Source: Candidatus Nomurabacteria bacterium | Lineage (GTDB): Bacteria > Patescibacteriota > Minisyncoccia > Phycocordibacterales > UBA9973 | Assembly (NCBI GenBank): GCA_016699365.1 | Contig: CP064973.1 | Coordinates: forward strand, 507,524 to 571,523 | DNA length: 64,000 bases | Direction of reading: 5' to 3' | Shown: positions 26,560-35,377 of the stretch, piece by piece | How positions within the stretch are numbered: position 1 is the first letter of the stretch | Layout of the letters: the number at the start of each line of letters is the position of its first letter | Notes under the pieces: generated by a model | What the model saw: only the letters and a program-made list of their open reading frames with translations | Databases searched by the model: none | What the model was told of the DNA's origin: nothing | Made by a program: the position numbers and the translations under genes

Positions 26560-27459
26560 ATGTCTTTATTCAATAAAAACAAAAAGCATATTGTAGGCAT
26601 ATTTTTGCTTGGTATGCTTTTTGTTTTTTCTGCTGAAGTATCCAGTGCTGTTGATTTGAGTATATCTGCGCAGGTTGGTGCAGGGGGCGGTGGAGATGTT
26701 GGCGGGGGCGGAGGAGGTGGGGGTGGTGGAGGCGCAAATGATGGGGACTCCACTGTAAACTTTTCTGGATATGCATATCCACTGTCTCAGGTTATAGTAC
26801 TCCGTGACGGTATAGAGGTTGTACAGACTATTGCTGGTCCTGATGCAAAATTTAGTATAAGTATCTCAGATCTCCCAGAAGGTAACTATACTTTTTCTGT
26901 TCTAGCTGAAGATTATCAAGAAAGAAGATCCACTCTTTTTACATTTCCACTATATCTTACTGATGGATTGACTACTACTATATCCGGAATCTTTATTGCT
27001 CCATCTATTGCAATAGATAAAAGCGTAGTAAAGCAAGGAGAACAGATTACAATATTTGGACAATCTACTCCAAATTCTGAAGTTTCTATTAGTGTGAATT
27101 CGTTGAATGAGTTTATATTGAATACTTTTACTGATAGTAGTGGTATCTATCTATCTGTTTTTAATACAAGCTTACTTGAAATAGGTGATCATACTACACG
27201 ATCATATTCAAAGTACTTAGAAGCCACTTCTTCATATTCTAGTACACTTGCTTTTGAAGTTTCAGACAAAGCTGGGGAGGTTTTGGTGTGTGGTACAAAA
27301 GCCGATGTAAGTTCTGATTGTAGAGTAAACCTAGTGGATTTTTCCATGTTGGCTTATTGGTTTGAGAGAGGAACTCCACCTGTGGCGTTTGATTTATCTG
27401 GAGACGGCAAAATTACTTTGATTGATTTTTCTATAATGGCTTATTATTGGACTGGCTAA
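26560..27459 (+). CDS. secreted Gly-rich protein with C-terminal tandem dockerin-like repeats
   Basis: Signal peptide, a poly-Gly tract (GAGGGGDVGGGGGGGGGGGANDGD), and a C-terminus DVSSDCRVNLVDFSMLAYWFE ... DLSGDGKITLIDFSIMAYYWTG, which is two D-x-[SN]-x-D-G-x-[VI]-x-x-x-D-F-x-x-[LM] segments. Confidence 0.6.
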   Translation: MSLFNKNKKHIVGIFLLGMLFVFSAEVSSAVDLSISAQVGAGGGGDVGGGGGGGGGGGANDGDSTVNFSGYAYPLSQVIVLRDGIEVVQTIAGPDAKFSISISDLPEGNYTFSVLAEDYQERRSTLFTFPLYLTDGLTTTISGIFIAPSIAIDKSVVKQGEQITIFGQSTPNSEVSISVNSLNEFILNTFTDSSGIYLSVFNTSLLEIGDHTTRSYSKYLEATSSYSSTLAFEVSDKAGEVLVCGTKADVSSDCRVNLVDFSMLAYWFERGTPPVAFDLSGDGKITLIDFSIMAYYWTG

Positions 27460-27464
27460 AAAAC

Positions 27465-28364
27465 ATGAGAAACAATTATTTTAAAATACTTTTTATATTC
27501 ACCTTGCTTGTATTCACTAACAATATGATATTTGCTAGTGGCTCTGATGTCGTATTCAAATATCCAGAAAATACAACAAAGACAAGTAGTCCATTTTCCT
27601 TGAGTGTCTTATTGGATACATCCGGAGATGATATCAATGCTATTGAAGGCACTCTGTATTATGATGATAATTTTTTTGAACTAGTAGATATTGTTGATGG
27701 TAATAGTGTAGTTACTTCTTGGGTGAAAAAACCAGTAGAAGAAGGAGGGAAAATAACTTTTTCGGGGATCATGGCAGGTGGGTATCTTGGAACAATTGAG
27801 CCGTTGACCAACAATATCGGTCCAGGTGTCTTGTTTGAATTGGTATTATTGCCAAAGATAGAAGGATCTGGGTCTATTACACTTACAGATACAATTGTAT
27901 ATAAAAATGATGGACTAGGTACTTCAAAAAGTATTGCTACAAAAGACATATCAATAGAATCTAACATAAATGGATTTTCAGATTATATCCAAAATGTAGA
28001 CAATATAAGACCATTGGTTTTTTCTCCTATAATTTCAAAAAATCCGGATATGTTTGAGAATAGATATTTTATTGTATTTGATACACAAGATAAAGAATCT
28101 GGTATAGATCATTTTGAAGTAAGAGAAGGTAGGAGAGATTGGGTATTGGCAGAGAGTCCGTATGTCCTACAAGATCAGACATTGAAGAGTCATATACGTG
28201 TTAAGGCAGTAGATAAGGCTGGTAACGAGCGTGTAGTTAACTATGAAGACAGAATAGATTTTCCTATTTCAATTCTTTCTATACCGATTATTATTATCTT
28301 AATCATAATCATTTCTGTATACTTTTGGTACACTAGAAAAATACGTATTTTAAGTGTAAAATAA
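27465..28364 (+). CDS. membrane-anchored protein with cohesin-like beta-sandwich module and C-terminal TM
   Basis: Start at ATG 27465 (MRNNYFKILFIFTLLVFTNNMIFA; the track start 27447 is TTG). Cohesin-like pattern FSLSVLLDTSGDDINAIEGTLYYDDNFFELVDIVDG...GKITFSG...LFELVLLPKIEGSGSITL. C-terminal TM ILSIPIIIILIIIISVYFW. Confidence 0.5.
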   Translation: MRNNYFKILFIFTLLVFTNNMIFASGSDVVFKYPENTTKTSSPFSLSVLLDTSGDDINAIEGTLYYDDNFFELVDIVDGNSVVTSWVKKPVEEGGKITFSGIMAGGYLGTIEPLTNNIGPGVLFELVLLPKIEGSGSITLTDTIVYKNDGLGTSKSIATKDISIESNINGFSDYIQNVDNIRPLVFSPIISKNPDMFENRYFIVFDTQDKESGIDHFEVREGRRDWVLAESPYVLQDQTLKSHIRVKAVDKAGNERVVNYEDRIDFPISILSIPIIIILIIIISVYFWYTRKIRILSVK

Positions 28365-28369
28365 AATAC

Positions 28370-30121
28370 ATGACTCTTCCTTCGTTTAACATAAGAATTT
28401 TTTCTGTAACACTTTTTTTGTGTATATTTTTTATTGTTCCAAAAAATACAAATGCTGCTTCATTTCAAATATCTCCAACTACAGGCAATGTATCAAATTC
28501 AGGATCAATAACTCTCACGGTTAGTCTTGCGACTAGCTCATCTGTTCCAGTAAATGCTTTTTCAGGTAGGTTGAATTTTCCTACAGAATTAGTTTCGAAT
28601 ACAAATATATCTGTTAGTGGTTCAATCGCAAATTTTTGGACAGTGCAACCCTCAGTCTCTTCAGATGGTGTAATAAGATTTGAAGGTATTGTTTTAAATC
28701 CAGGTTTTAGTGGATCTAGTGGTAAGTTGTTTACAGCTACATTCAAGACAGAAGGTACAGGCACAGCAAACTTTAACCTTACTAGTGCGTCTATATTGGC
28801 AAACGATGGACTTGGTACAAATGTTTTGACTGCTACTTTACCTACATCTGTATTTACAATTGGAAACGCAGCCCCAGTGGCCACTACTCCTGCTACGACT
28901 AGCTCCACTCCGATTGCTCCGGAGATAATGTCTTCGTCACACCCAAATCCAAATGGCTGGCATAAAGAGACTGTAGCTGATCTTTATTGGGATCTTCCAG
29001 AAGATGCCAATGGAGTGTCATTTGTTTTAGATAAAAATCCTGGAACCATACCAGCAAAAGTTTCAAAGGGCTTAGTAAGTTCATATAAGTCTGAACCTCT
29101 AGAAGATGGTGTGTGGTACATGCATGTCATGATAAAGAATTCTGTCGGATGGGGAAGCGTTGCTCATTATAGAGTAGGCGTTGATACAGTTGCACCAGAA
29201 TCTGTGAGTATAACTCACGTCCACGAGGAAATTCCTATGGGCACTAGCAAGTTTGATATATCAGCCGAAGATATAACTTCAGGGATTGCTTACTATGAGA
29301 TAAGTTTTGATGCGGGAGATACGGAAATATTTAAAAAATATTCAGAAACTGATTTGTTTGAATCAAAAATCTTGCCACCAAAAAGATATCTTGTGGTTGT
29401 AAATGCATATGACTTTGCTGGAAATACAACTCCAGCCATTATGTATTTTACTGCAATGCCTGTGAATCAGCCGGTGATTACAGAGTACTCAAAAGAATTA
29501 AATAGTGGAGAATATTTAACTCTTTCGGGTACTGGATATGAAAATCAAAACGTAAGAGTTCGTTTTGAAAAAAGTAAAACATCTTTCTTTTATAAAATAT
29601 TTGCCCACACAAGAAGCGCTGCATTAAATGAAGAAGTAACAAAAGTAGACAAGGATGGGAAGTTCTCTTTTAGAAATGACGAATCTTGGAACGCTGGAAT
29701 ATATTATGTAACAGTTCGAAACGAACTATCCAACGGAGCTTTCAGTGAATACACAACTCCTGTTCAAATAACAGTAGAGAGTGGTGCTTTTGTTAGATTC
29801 ATAGAATCCTCTCTAAGATTCTTGATACCTGTCATTCCTTTCTTGCTTGCAATCATACTTATACTTTTTGCAGGATTGTTTATTTTAAGATTTTTCAAAA
29901 AATACAGAAGAATCCTGTCTAAACAAGTAAGAGAAGCTGAGGGTGTGGCCGATGAATCTATGAGATTGATTGACAGTGAAGTCTTGGATGAGATAAATCT
30001 GCTCAAAAAAGTACGCTCAGGTGAACCTCTATCAGAAAGAGAGCAGGCTTTCCTAACTAAACTTCGAGGGGATTTGGGTGTTGCAAATTCTATAATTCAA
30101 AAAGAAATAAAAGATATATAA
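28370..30121 (+). CDS. large surface protein with N-terminal cohesin-like module, Ig/FN3-like middle, and C-terminal TM plus cytoplasmic tail
   Basis: Signal peptide, cohesin-like segment (GSITLTVSLATSSSVPVNAFSGRLNFPTELVSNTNI...GVIRFEGIVLNPGFSGSSGKLFTATFKTEGTGTANFNL), a TM (FLIPVIPFLLAIILILFAGLFIL), then a charged tail. Confidence 0.5.
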   Translation: MTLPSFNIRIFSVTLFLCIFFIVPKNTNAASFQISPTTGNVSNSGSITLTVSLATSSSVPVNAFSGRLNFPTELVSNTNISVSGSIANFWTVQPSVSSDGVIRFEGIVLNPGFSGSSGKLFTATFKTEGTGTANFNLTSASILANDGLGTNVLTATLPTSVFTIGNAAPVATTPATTSSTPIAPEIMSSSHPNPNGWHKETVADLYWDLPEDANGVSFVLDKNPGTIPAKVSKGLVSSYKSEPLEDGVWYMHVMIKNSVGWGSVAHYRVGVDTVAPESVSITHVHEEIPMGTSKFDISAEDITSGIAYYEISFDAGDTEIFKKYSETDLFESKILPPKRYLVVVNAYDFAGNTTPAIMYFTAMPVNQPVITEYSKELNSGEYLTLSGTGYENQNVRVRFEKSKTSFFYKIFAHTRSAALNEEVTKVDKDGKFSFRNDESWNAGIYYVTVRNELSNGAFSEYTTPVQITVESGAFVRFIESSLRFLIPVIPFLLAIILILFAGLFILRFFKKYRRILSKQVREAEGVADESMRLIDSEVLDEINLLKKVRSGEPLSEREQAFLTKLRGDLGVANSIIQKEIKDI

Positions 30122-30144
30122 AAGAAAATATAATATCTTATAAT

Positions 30145-30981
30145 ATGAATTTTAAAAAAATATTCCTAATCACAATAATACTGTTTTCTTTTTCTAGTCC
30201 AGTGCTGGCCATAGAATCAAATAATACTGGCTTTATATCAGAAAGTGTTTGGTTTTCCGAAGAAGATTTAATCTTGGGGGAAAGTGTAAATATATATACA
30301 GCTTTGTTCAACAATTCCTCTTCTGTACTTGAGGGAAGTGTTACCTTTTTTGACAAAGATGTAGTATTAGGAGTTAAGACTTTTTCTATACCTGAAAAAT
30401 CTGTCAGGGATGTAAAACAATCTTGGATTGTAACATCAGGAGATCATGAGTTGTATGCGAGTCTAAGTATTAAAAAAACTGACATAGAGCTTGGTGAAAA
30501 AATTACAGAACCACTTAAATTCACAATCCAAGCCCCTGTTATTGCAGAAAAAGATTTGGTAGCTGATGAAACCAAAGAATTGCTATCTGATGTAGATAAT
30601 CTACAAGACAAAATAATAGAAAGTATTCCGCCTTCTGTGTCAGAAAAAATATCCGATTCTTTTTCAGGAGTAGAGATTTTTAGAACTGAAACTTCTAGTA
30701 ATATAGAAGCAAAAAAAGACCAGAAACAAGAAATTGTTGATGAGCTTAAGGCCCAGCCAACAAAGGATTCTGTGGATTTGGAAGTTGGTCTTGAAGATGG
30801 AAAGACAAATATTGATATAAAATCAACACCTCTGGATACTCCACTTGCATATGCCGGGTTGTTTTTCTATACAATAGTTAGCTATATATTCAAATCTACA
30901 GTCCTATTTTATGGTTTATGTATAGTTGTAATTTTCTTGATTTTACGTGCTATTTATAGGGCTATACGTAAACGTCCTTAA
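30145..30981 (+). CDS. secreted protein with CARDB/Ig-like N-terminal domain and C-terminal TM anchor
   Basis: Signal peptide MNFKKIFLITIILFSFSSPVLA; CARDB-like pattern (GESVNIYTALFNNSSSVLEGSVTFFDKDVVLGVKTFSIPEKSVRDV...GDHELYASL); C-terminal TM. Confidence 0.45.
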   Translation: MNFKKIFLITIILFSFSSPVLAIESNNTGFISESVWFSEEDLILGESVNIYTALFNNSSSVLEGSVTFFDKDVVLGVKTFSIPEKSVRDVKQSWIVTSGDHELYASLSIKKTDIELGEKITEPLKFTIQAPVIAEKDLVADETKELLSDVDNLQDKIIESIPPSVSEKISDSFSGVEIFRTETSSNIEAKKDQKQEIVDELKAQPTKDSVDLEVGLEDGKTNIDIKSTPLDTPLAYAGLFFYTIVSYIFKSTVLFYGLCIVVIFLILRAIYRAIRKRP

Positions 30982-31042
30982 TACTATAAAAAACGATTTT
31001 TGTAAGACTCGACAGCTACGAAACTCGTGATATACTCATTAT

Positions 31043-31303
31043 ATGCCAAGGCCACTTTTTATAGCCCTAATATTCGCAAGTGTGCTGTTTGCGCCTTGGT
31101 GGTTGTCATTACTCTTGATCTTGAGTGGTATAATTTTTTTAGACTTTGCACTAGAATCCATAATCGCAGCTTTTGTGATTGATATGCTTTACGGAGTTCA
31201 GTTGTCTAGGGCTATAGATGGACCTTTTGTAATTACGCTTATTGCACTTATATTATTTTTTGCTAAAAGAATTTTGAAACCTTATATTTTTATAAACAAA
31301 TGA
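31043..31303 (+). CDS. small 3-TM membrane protein (86 aa), possibly MreD-like, directly upstream of PBP2
   Basis: Hydrophobic ORF overlapping the PBP2 start by 4 nt (ATGA). The MreD-like call is positional inference only. Confidence 0.35.
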   Translation: MPRPLFIALIFASVLFAPWWLSLLLILSGIIFLDFALESIIAAFVIDMLYGVQLSRAIDGPFVITLIALILFFAKRILKPYIFINK

Positions 31304-32985
31304 TTTTCAGAAGACATAGAAGAAAAGTAGCTATACCAGAAGTTGACCCAGATGAAATATTTTTGGATTCTCAAAATATACCTTCATTTGATAGTCAGCA
31401 GTTTGAGGGTAGGATTGAGAGTGCTATACCAAAACGCACGATTGTATTTTTGGGTTCTTTTTTTGTGTTTGTAGGTGTTATCTTTATTTTCAAAGCCGGA
31501 GTGCTTCAAATAAAAATGGGGGAAGCTTATTCACTTAGAAGTGAGCAAAATAGTCTAGACACATTACCTTTGTTTTCTGATAGAGGAATTATTTTTGATA
31601 GAAACGGAGTAGAACTTGTTACAAATAAAATGATTCCAGATTCAGATTTTCCTGTTCGAAATTATACAGACAAGCAAGGATTCTCTCATATTTTGGGTTA
31701 TGTAAGTTACCCAGCAAAAGATACGAGTGGAGTATATTGGCAAAAAGAAATTATCGGAAAAGATGGGATTGAAAAATCCATGAATAGTATTTTATCTGGT
31801 AAAAACGGTCTAAAAATTTTTGAAACAGATGCATTGGGAGATATAAAATCTGAGAATCTAGTGAACGCACCAGAGCATGGTGAAAATGTAAATTTGGCTA
31901 TAGACGCGCGATTGCAAAATGAATTTTCTGAATCGATAGAGAGATTGGCGGATACTGCAGGTTTTATAGGCGGAGCGGGAGTTATTATGGATGTAAATAC
32001 AGGAGAAGTAATAGTTATGACTAGTTTTCCTGAATATGATTCAAATATTCTTTCTTTGGGGAGTGACAGAGCAACTATTTCTTCGTACATACATGACAAT
32101 CGTAAGGTTTTTCTAAACAAAACAATAGGTGGGTTGTATACACCCGGATCCATTGTGAAGCCTTTTGTTGCAGTAGGAGCTCTTATGGAGGGTGTTATTG
32201 ATCCAAGTAAGCAGATCTTGAGTACCGGTTCTATATCTCTACCAAATCCTTACAATCCAGAACTAAAAACTATTTTCAATGACTGGAAAGCTCATGGCTG
32301 GGTAGATATGCGTAAAGCTTTGGCAGTTTCTTCGAACGTTTATTTTTATGCAATCGCCGGAGGTTTTGGTGATCAAAAAGGAATGGGTATAAGCAATATT
32401 AAAAAATACACTCAGATGTTTGGTCTAGGTAAAAAAACTGGCATAGATATGGTCGGTGAACTTACTGGTACTATTCCTTCACCAGAATGGAAAGAGAAAA
32501 ATTTTCCAGGAGACGTATGGAGAGTGGGAGATACTTATAACACTGCTATTGGTCAATATGGATTCCAAGTAACTCCAATTCAAATGGTTCGAGCGGTTGC
32601 TGCTATAGCAAATGGTGGAAAATTGTTGAATCCTACTATTTTAAAAACTGACGAACCTGTTGGTAATATTGAAACAATCAATATACCAGAAGATGTTTTG
32701 AATATAGTTAGAGAAGGTATGAGAATGGTTGTAACAGAAGGCTCAGGAACAATTATGAATTATTCGGGGATTACTGTCGCTGCAAAGACTGGTACAGCTC
32801 AGGTTGGTATATCAAAGAACTATATGAACTCATGGTCGATGGGATTTTTCCCTTATGAGAATCCTAGGTATGCGTTTATCGTCCTCATGGAAAAAGGTCC
32901 AAAGACAAATACAATCGGAGCTAGTCATGTTATGAAAGATGTCCTTTCATATATAAATACTTATGCTCCAGAATACGTGGAATAG
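31300..32985 (+). CDS. mrdA: penicillin-binding protein 2-type class B transpeptidase
   Basis: N-terminal TM; SxxK (SIVKPF), SxN (VSSNVYFY) and KTG (AKTGTAQ) motifs. Confidence 0.85.
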   Translation: MIFRRHRRKVAIPEVDPDEIFLDSQNIPSFDSQQFEGRIESAIPKRTIVFLGSFFVFVGVIFIFKAGVLQIKMGEAYSLRSEQNSLDTLPLFSDRGIIFDRNGVELVTNKMIPDSDFPVRNYTDKQGFSHILGYVSYPAKDTSGVYWQKEIIGKDGIEKSMNSILSGKNGLKIFETDALGDIKSENLVNAPEHGENVNLAIDARLQNEFSESIERLADTAGFIGGAGVIMDVNTGEVIVMTSFPEYDSNILSLGSDRATISSYIHDNRKVFLNKTIGGLYTPGSIVKPFVAVGALMEGVIDPSKQILSTGSISLPNPYNPELKTIFNDWKAHGWVDMRKALAVSSNVYFYAIAGGFGDQKGMGISNIKKYTQMFGLGKKTGIDMVGELTGTIPSPEWKEKNFPGDVWRVGDTYNTAIGQYGFQVTPIQMVRAVAAIANGGKLLNPTILKTDEPVGNIETINIPEDVLNIVREGMRMVVTEGSGTIMNYSGITVAAKTGTAQVGISKNYMNSWSMGFFPYENPRYAFIVLMEKGPKTNTIGASHVMKDVLSYINTYAPEYVE

Positions 32986-33000
32986 TCTATTTTTTGATTG

Positions 33001-33026
33001 ACTTTTAGGCTCTAAAAGTTACAATA
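33001..33026 (+). promoter_or_regulatory. sigma-70-like promoter for greA (TTGACT-17-TACAAT)
   Basis: ttgacttttaggctctaaaagttacaat ends 6 nt upstream of the greA ATG at 33032. Confidence 0.5.
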
Positions 33027-33031
33027 CCCTC

Positions 33032-33502
33032 ATGCAAAAAGATGATGAATATATAAGTATTGAAAGAAAAAAGGCTTTAGAAATAGAGCTTCATGAACTT
33101 CAAACTGTCAAAAGAAAAGAGATACTTGAGAATCTTGAATACGCAAAATCACTGGGTGATTTGTCTGAAAATGCTGAATACCACCAAGCTCGCGATGAAC
33201 AAGGTAAACTTGAAGAACGTATTGCTAAAATAGAACACATAATCAAAGCATCGAAAGTTATAAGTAAAGCAACAGGTGGAACTAGTATAGATATAGGTTC
33301 AAAAGTTGTGGTCTCAAAAGCTGGTTCTGATCAAAAACAAGAATATGAAATAGTTGGTAGTGAAGAGGCTGATATGGCACAAGGCAGACTTTCTCATCGC
33401 TCACCGCTCGGAGTAGCTCTAATGGGAAAAACAAAAGGTGATGTAGTGGATATAGAATCACCAAGAGGAAAGTCGAGTTATAAAATAGTTTCAGTTGAAT
33501 AA
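33032..33502 (+). CDS. greA: transcription elongation factor GreA
   Basis: Coiled-coil N-terminus with acidic tip (LGDLSENAEYHQARDEQ) and an FKBP-like C-terminal domain. Confidence 0.9.
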   Translation: MQKDDEYISIERKKALEIELHELQTVKRKEILENLEYAKSLGDLSENAEYHQARDEQGKLEERIAKIEHIIKASKVISKATGGTSIDIGSKVVVSKAGSDQKQEYEIVGSEEADMAQGRLSHRSPLGVALMGKTKGDVVDIESPRGKSSYKIVSVE

Positions 33503-33508
33503 TTTTTT

Positions 33509-34972
33509 ATGGCAGCATTAGACGAAATTCGTGAGTCGCGTTTACAAAAATTGGCGCGTTTGCGTGAAGCTGGGATGGATCCATATCCAGCGCGTATTTC
33601 TCGCGACCTAAGTCTAAAAGATTTGCGTGAGAATTTTGACTCTAAACAATCCGCTAGTGAAAAAGTTACTGTAGCAGGACGCATCATGGCGATTCGTGGA
33701 CAAGGTGCGATACTTTTTGTCGTACTAGATGATGGAACAGATAAGTTTCAATGTGTTTTCAAAAAGGACACAATTGATGAAAAACTTTTTACTTTATTTA
33801 CTGAAGCCATAGACATAGGAGATTTTATCTCTGTCTCTGGAACACTCTTTACAACAGAGCGTGGTGAGAAAAGCATACTAACAGAATCTTGGAATATTGT
33901 TACAAAATCTCTTTTGCCGCTTCCTGAAAAATGGCACGGTATAACGGACGAGGACGAACGCTATAGAAAGCGATATTTGGACATGCTTATGAATCCAGAG
34001 CTCAGAGAGATTTTTAAAAAGAGATCAAAATTCTGGAATGTTATGAGAGAATACCTTCTATCAAAAGATTTTATAGAAGTAGAAACTCCTGTACTTGAAA
34101 ATACAACCGGGGGTGCAGACGCACGTCCATTTATAACTCACCACAATGCGCTTGATATTGATGTATATTTACGTATTTCAGCAGGAGAGCTGTGGCAGAA
34201 GAAATTACTCGTTGCTGGGTTCCCAAGAACATTTGAAATAGGCCGAATATTTAGAAACGAAGGGATGTCCGCTGAACATCTTCAGGACTATACACAACTC
34301 GAATACTATATGGCGTATTCTGATTTTAACCAGGGTATGGAGATGACAAAAGAGTTGTATCGACTTATTGGAGAGAAGGTATTTGGAACTACAAAATTTA
34401 CTATAAAAGGATTTGAAATAGATCTAGCGGGTGATTGGCAGATATATGACTTTGTTGAAATAATAAAAAAGGAATACGGGATTGATGCGCTCGATACCAA
34501 TGCTCTAGAAATTGAAGATACATTGAAAAAATATGAAATAAAATATGAGGCCAATGATGTAAGTGTCAAGAGAGGAGTTGATCTTCTGTGGAAGAGAGTT
34601 CGCAAGACAATTGGTGGGCCAGGATTTTTGATAAATGTACCAGTATATTTGGAGCCACTTGCAAAGAAGAATCCTGAAAATCAAAAGACAGTTGAACGTT
34701 TTCAGGTGATACTTGCTGGTAGTGAGATGGGTAAAGGATTTAGTGAGTTGAACGACCCAGTAGATCAAAAAGAAAGATTTATGAGCCAGCAAGCACTTCG
34801 CGATGCAGGTGATGATGAAGCACAGATGGCAGATATGGAATTCGTCGAGGCACTAGAACACGGTATGCCTCCAGCATTTGGTTTCGGACTCTCAGAGAGA
34901 TTGTTTAGTTTTCTAATTGATAAACCTGTCAGAGAAACTGTATTATTTCCATTGATGAAGCCTAGAGAATAA
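33509..34972 (+). CDS. lysS: lysyl-tRNA synthetase (class II)
   Basis: OB-fold N-terminal domain, then class II motifs (FRNEGMSAEHLQDYTQLE; GFGLSERL). Confidence 0.95.
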   Translation: MAALDEIRESRLQKLARLREAGMDPYPARISRDLSLKDLRENFDSKQSASEKVTVAGRIMAIRGQGAILFVVLDDGTDKFQCVFKKDTIDEKLFTLFTEAIDIGDFISVSGTLFTTERGEKSILTESWNIVTKSLLPLPEKWHGITDEDERYRKRYLDMLMNPELREIFKKRSKFWNVMREYLLSKDFIEVETPVLENTTGGADARPFITHHNALDIDVYLRISAGELWQKKLLVAGFPRTFEIGRIFRNEGMSAEHLQDYTQLEYYMAYSDFNQGMEMTKELYRLIGEKVFGTTKFTIKGFEIDLAGDWQIYDFVEIIKKEYGIDALDTNALEIEDTLKKYEIKYEANDVSVKRGVDLLWKRVRKTIGGPGFLINVPVYLEPLAKKNPENQKTVERFQVILAGSEMGKGFSELNDPVDQKERFMSQQALRDAGDDEAQMADMEFVEALEHGMPPAFGFGLSERLFSFLIDKPVRETVLFPLMKPRE

Positions 34973-34977
34973 TATTT

Positions 34978-35015
34978 AAAAAAGAAAACCTCCCTGATTG
35001 GGAGGTTTTTATTTT
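34978..35015. terminator. bidirectional terminator hairpin (AAACCTCCC-tgatt-GGGAGGTTT, T-run on both sides)
   Basis: aaaaaagaaaacctccctgattgggaggtttttatttt. Confidence 0.7.
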
Positions 35016-35232
35016 ATGCGAGCAATACTTGTGCGAGCGATGTTGGTGGTCCATCGTACTCGTACCTTTGACCTATTCCGCCAGTTTTTGAGAGTTCGTG
35101 TATCTGGGCGGTGGTGTAAAGTATTTTTTCATTTTCTATTTTTGCCAACAAGATACCTGGCATTATGCTTGAACCATTGTCTTTGGGTACATCTTCGAAG
35201 ATGTTTTTATTTTCTGTAGTGTTATTTTCCAT
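35014..35232 (-). CDS. small hypothetical protein (72 aa)
   Basis: ATG..TAA ORF on the minus strand between lysS and mraZ. No recognisable motif, so weak support. Confidence 0.3.
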   Translation of the reverse strand: MENNTTENKNIFEDVPKDNGSSIMPGILLAKIENEKILYTTAQIHELSKTGGIGQRYEYDGPPTSLAQVLLA

Positions 35233-35318
35233 TTGTGCTGTTTTTTATAGATTACCACAAATAAAATCTTTGTCAAAAAAGAAAATATAGTTATCCACAG
35301 AAGGGAATTTGTTGAGAA

Positions 35319-35364
35319 GTGGGACGAAGTGGAGTATAATTACACCAAGTGGGATTAAGTGGGA
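35319..35364 (+). promoter_or_regulatory. putative MraZ operator: four GTGG(G/A)(A/G) direct repeats phased at 10-bp intervals (35319, 35329, 35349, 35359) flanking a TATAAT -10 box (35335-35340)
   Basis: aaGTGGGAcgaaGTGGAGtataattacaccaaGTGGGAttaaGTGGGAaat lies immediately upstream of mraZ. Phased GTGGG repeat arrays upstream of mraZ are the known MraZ binding-site architecture. Confidence 0.6.
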
Positions 35365-35377
35365 AATATTAAAAACT

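Noticed and set aside
26680-26750. Poly-Gly coding tract as a phase-variation (slipped-strand) switch
   Set aside because: Codons are mixed (ggg/ggc/gga/ggt) rather than a pure homopolymer or perfect short-unit repeat, so a contingency locus is not supported.
26541-26753. Minus-strand ORF encoding a poly-proline tract (PPPPPPPPPPPTSPPPP)
   Set aside because: It is the antisense of the poly-Gly (GGN) coding tract of the 26560 gene, which is a compositional artefact.
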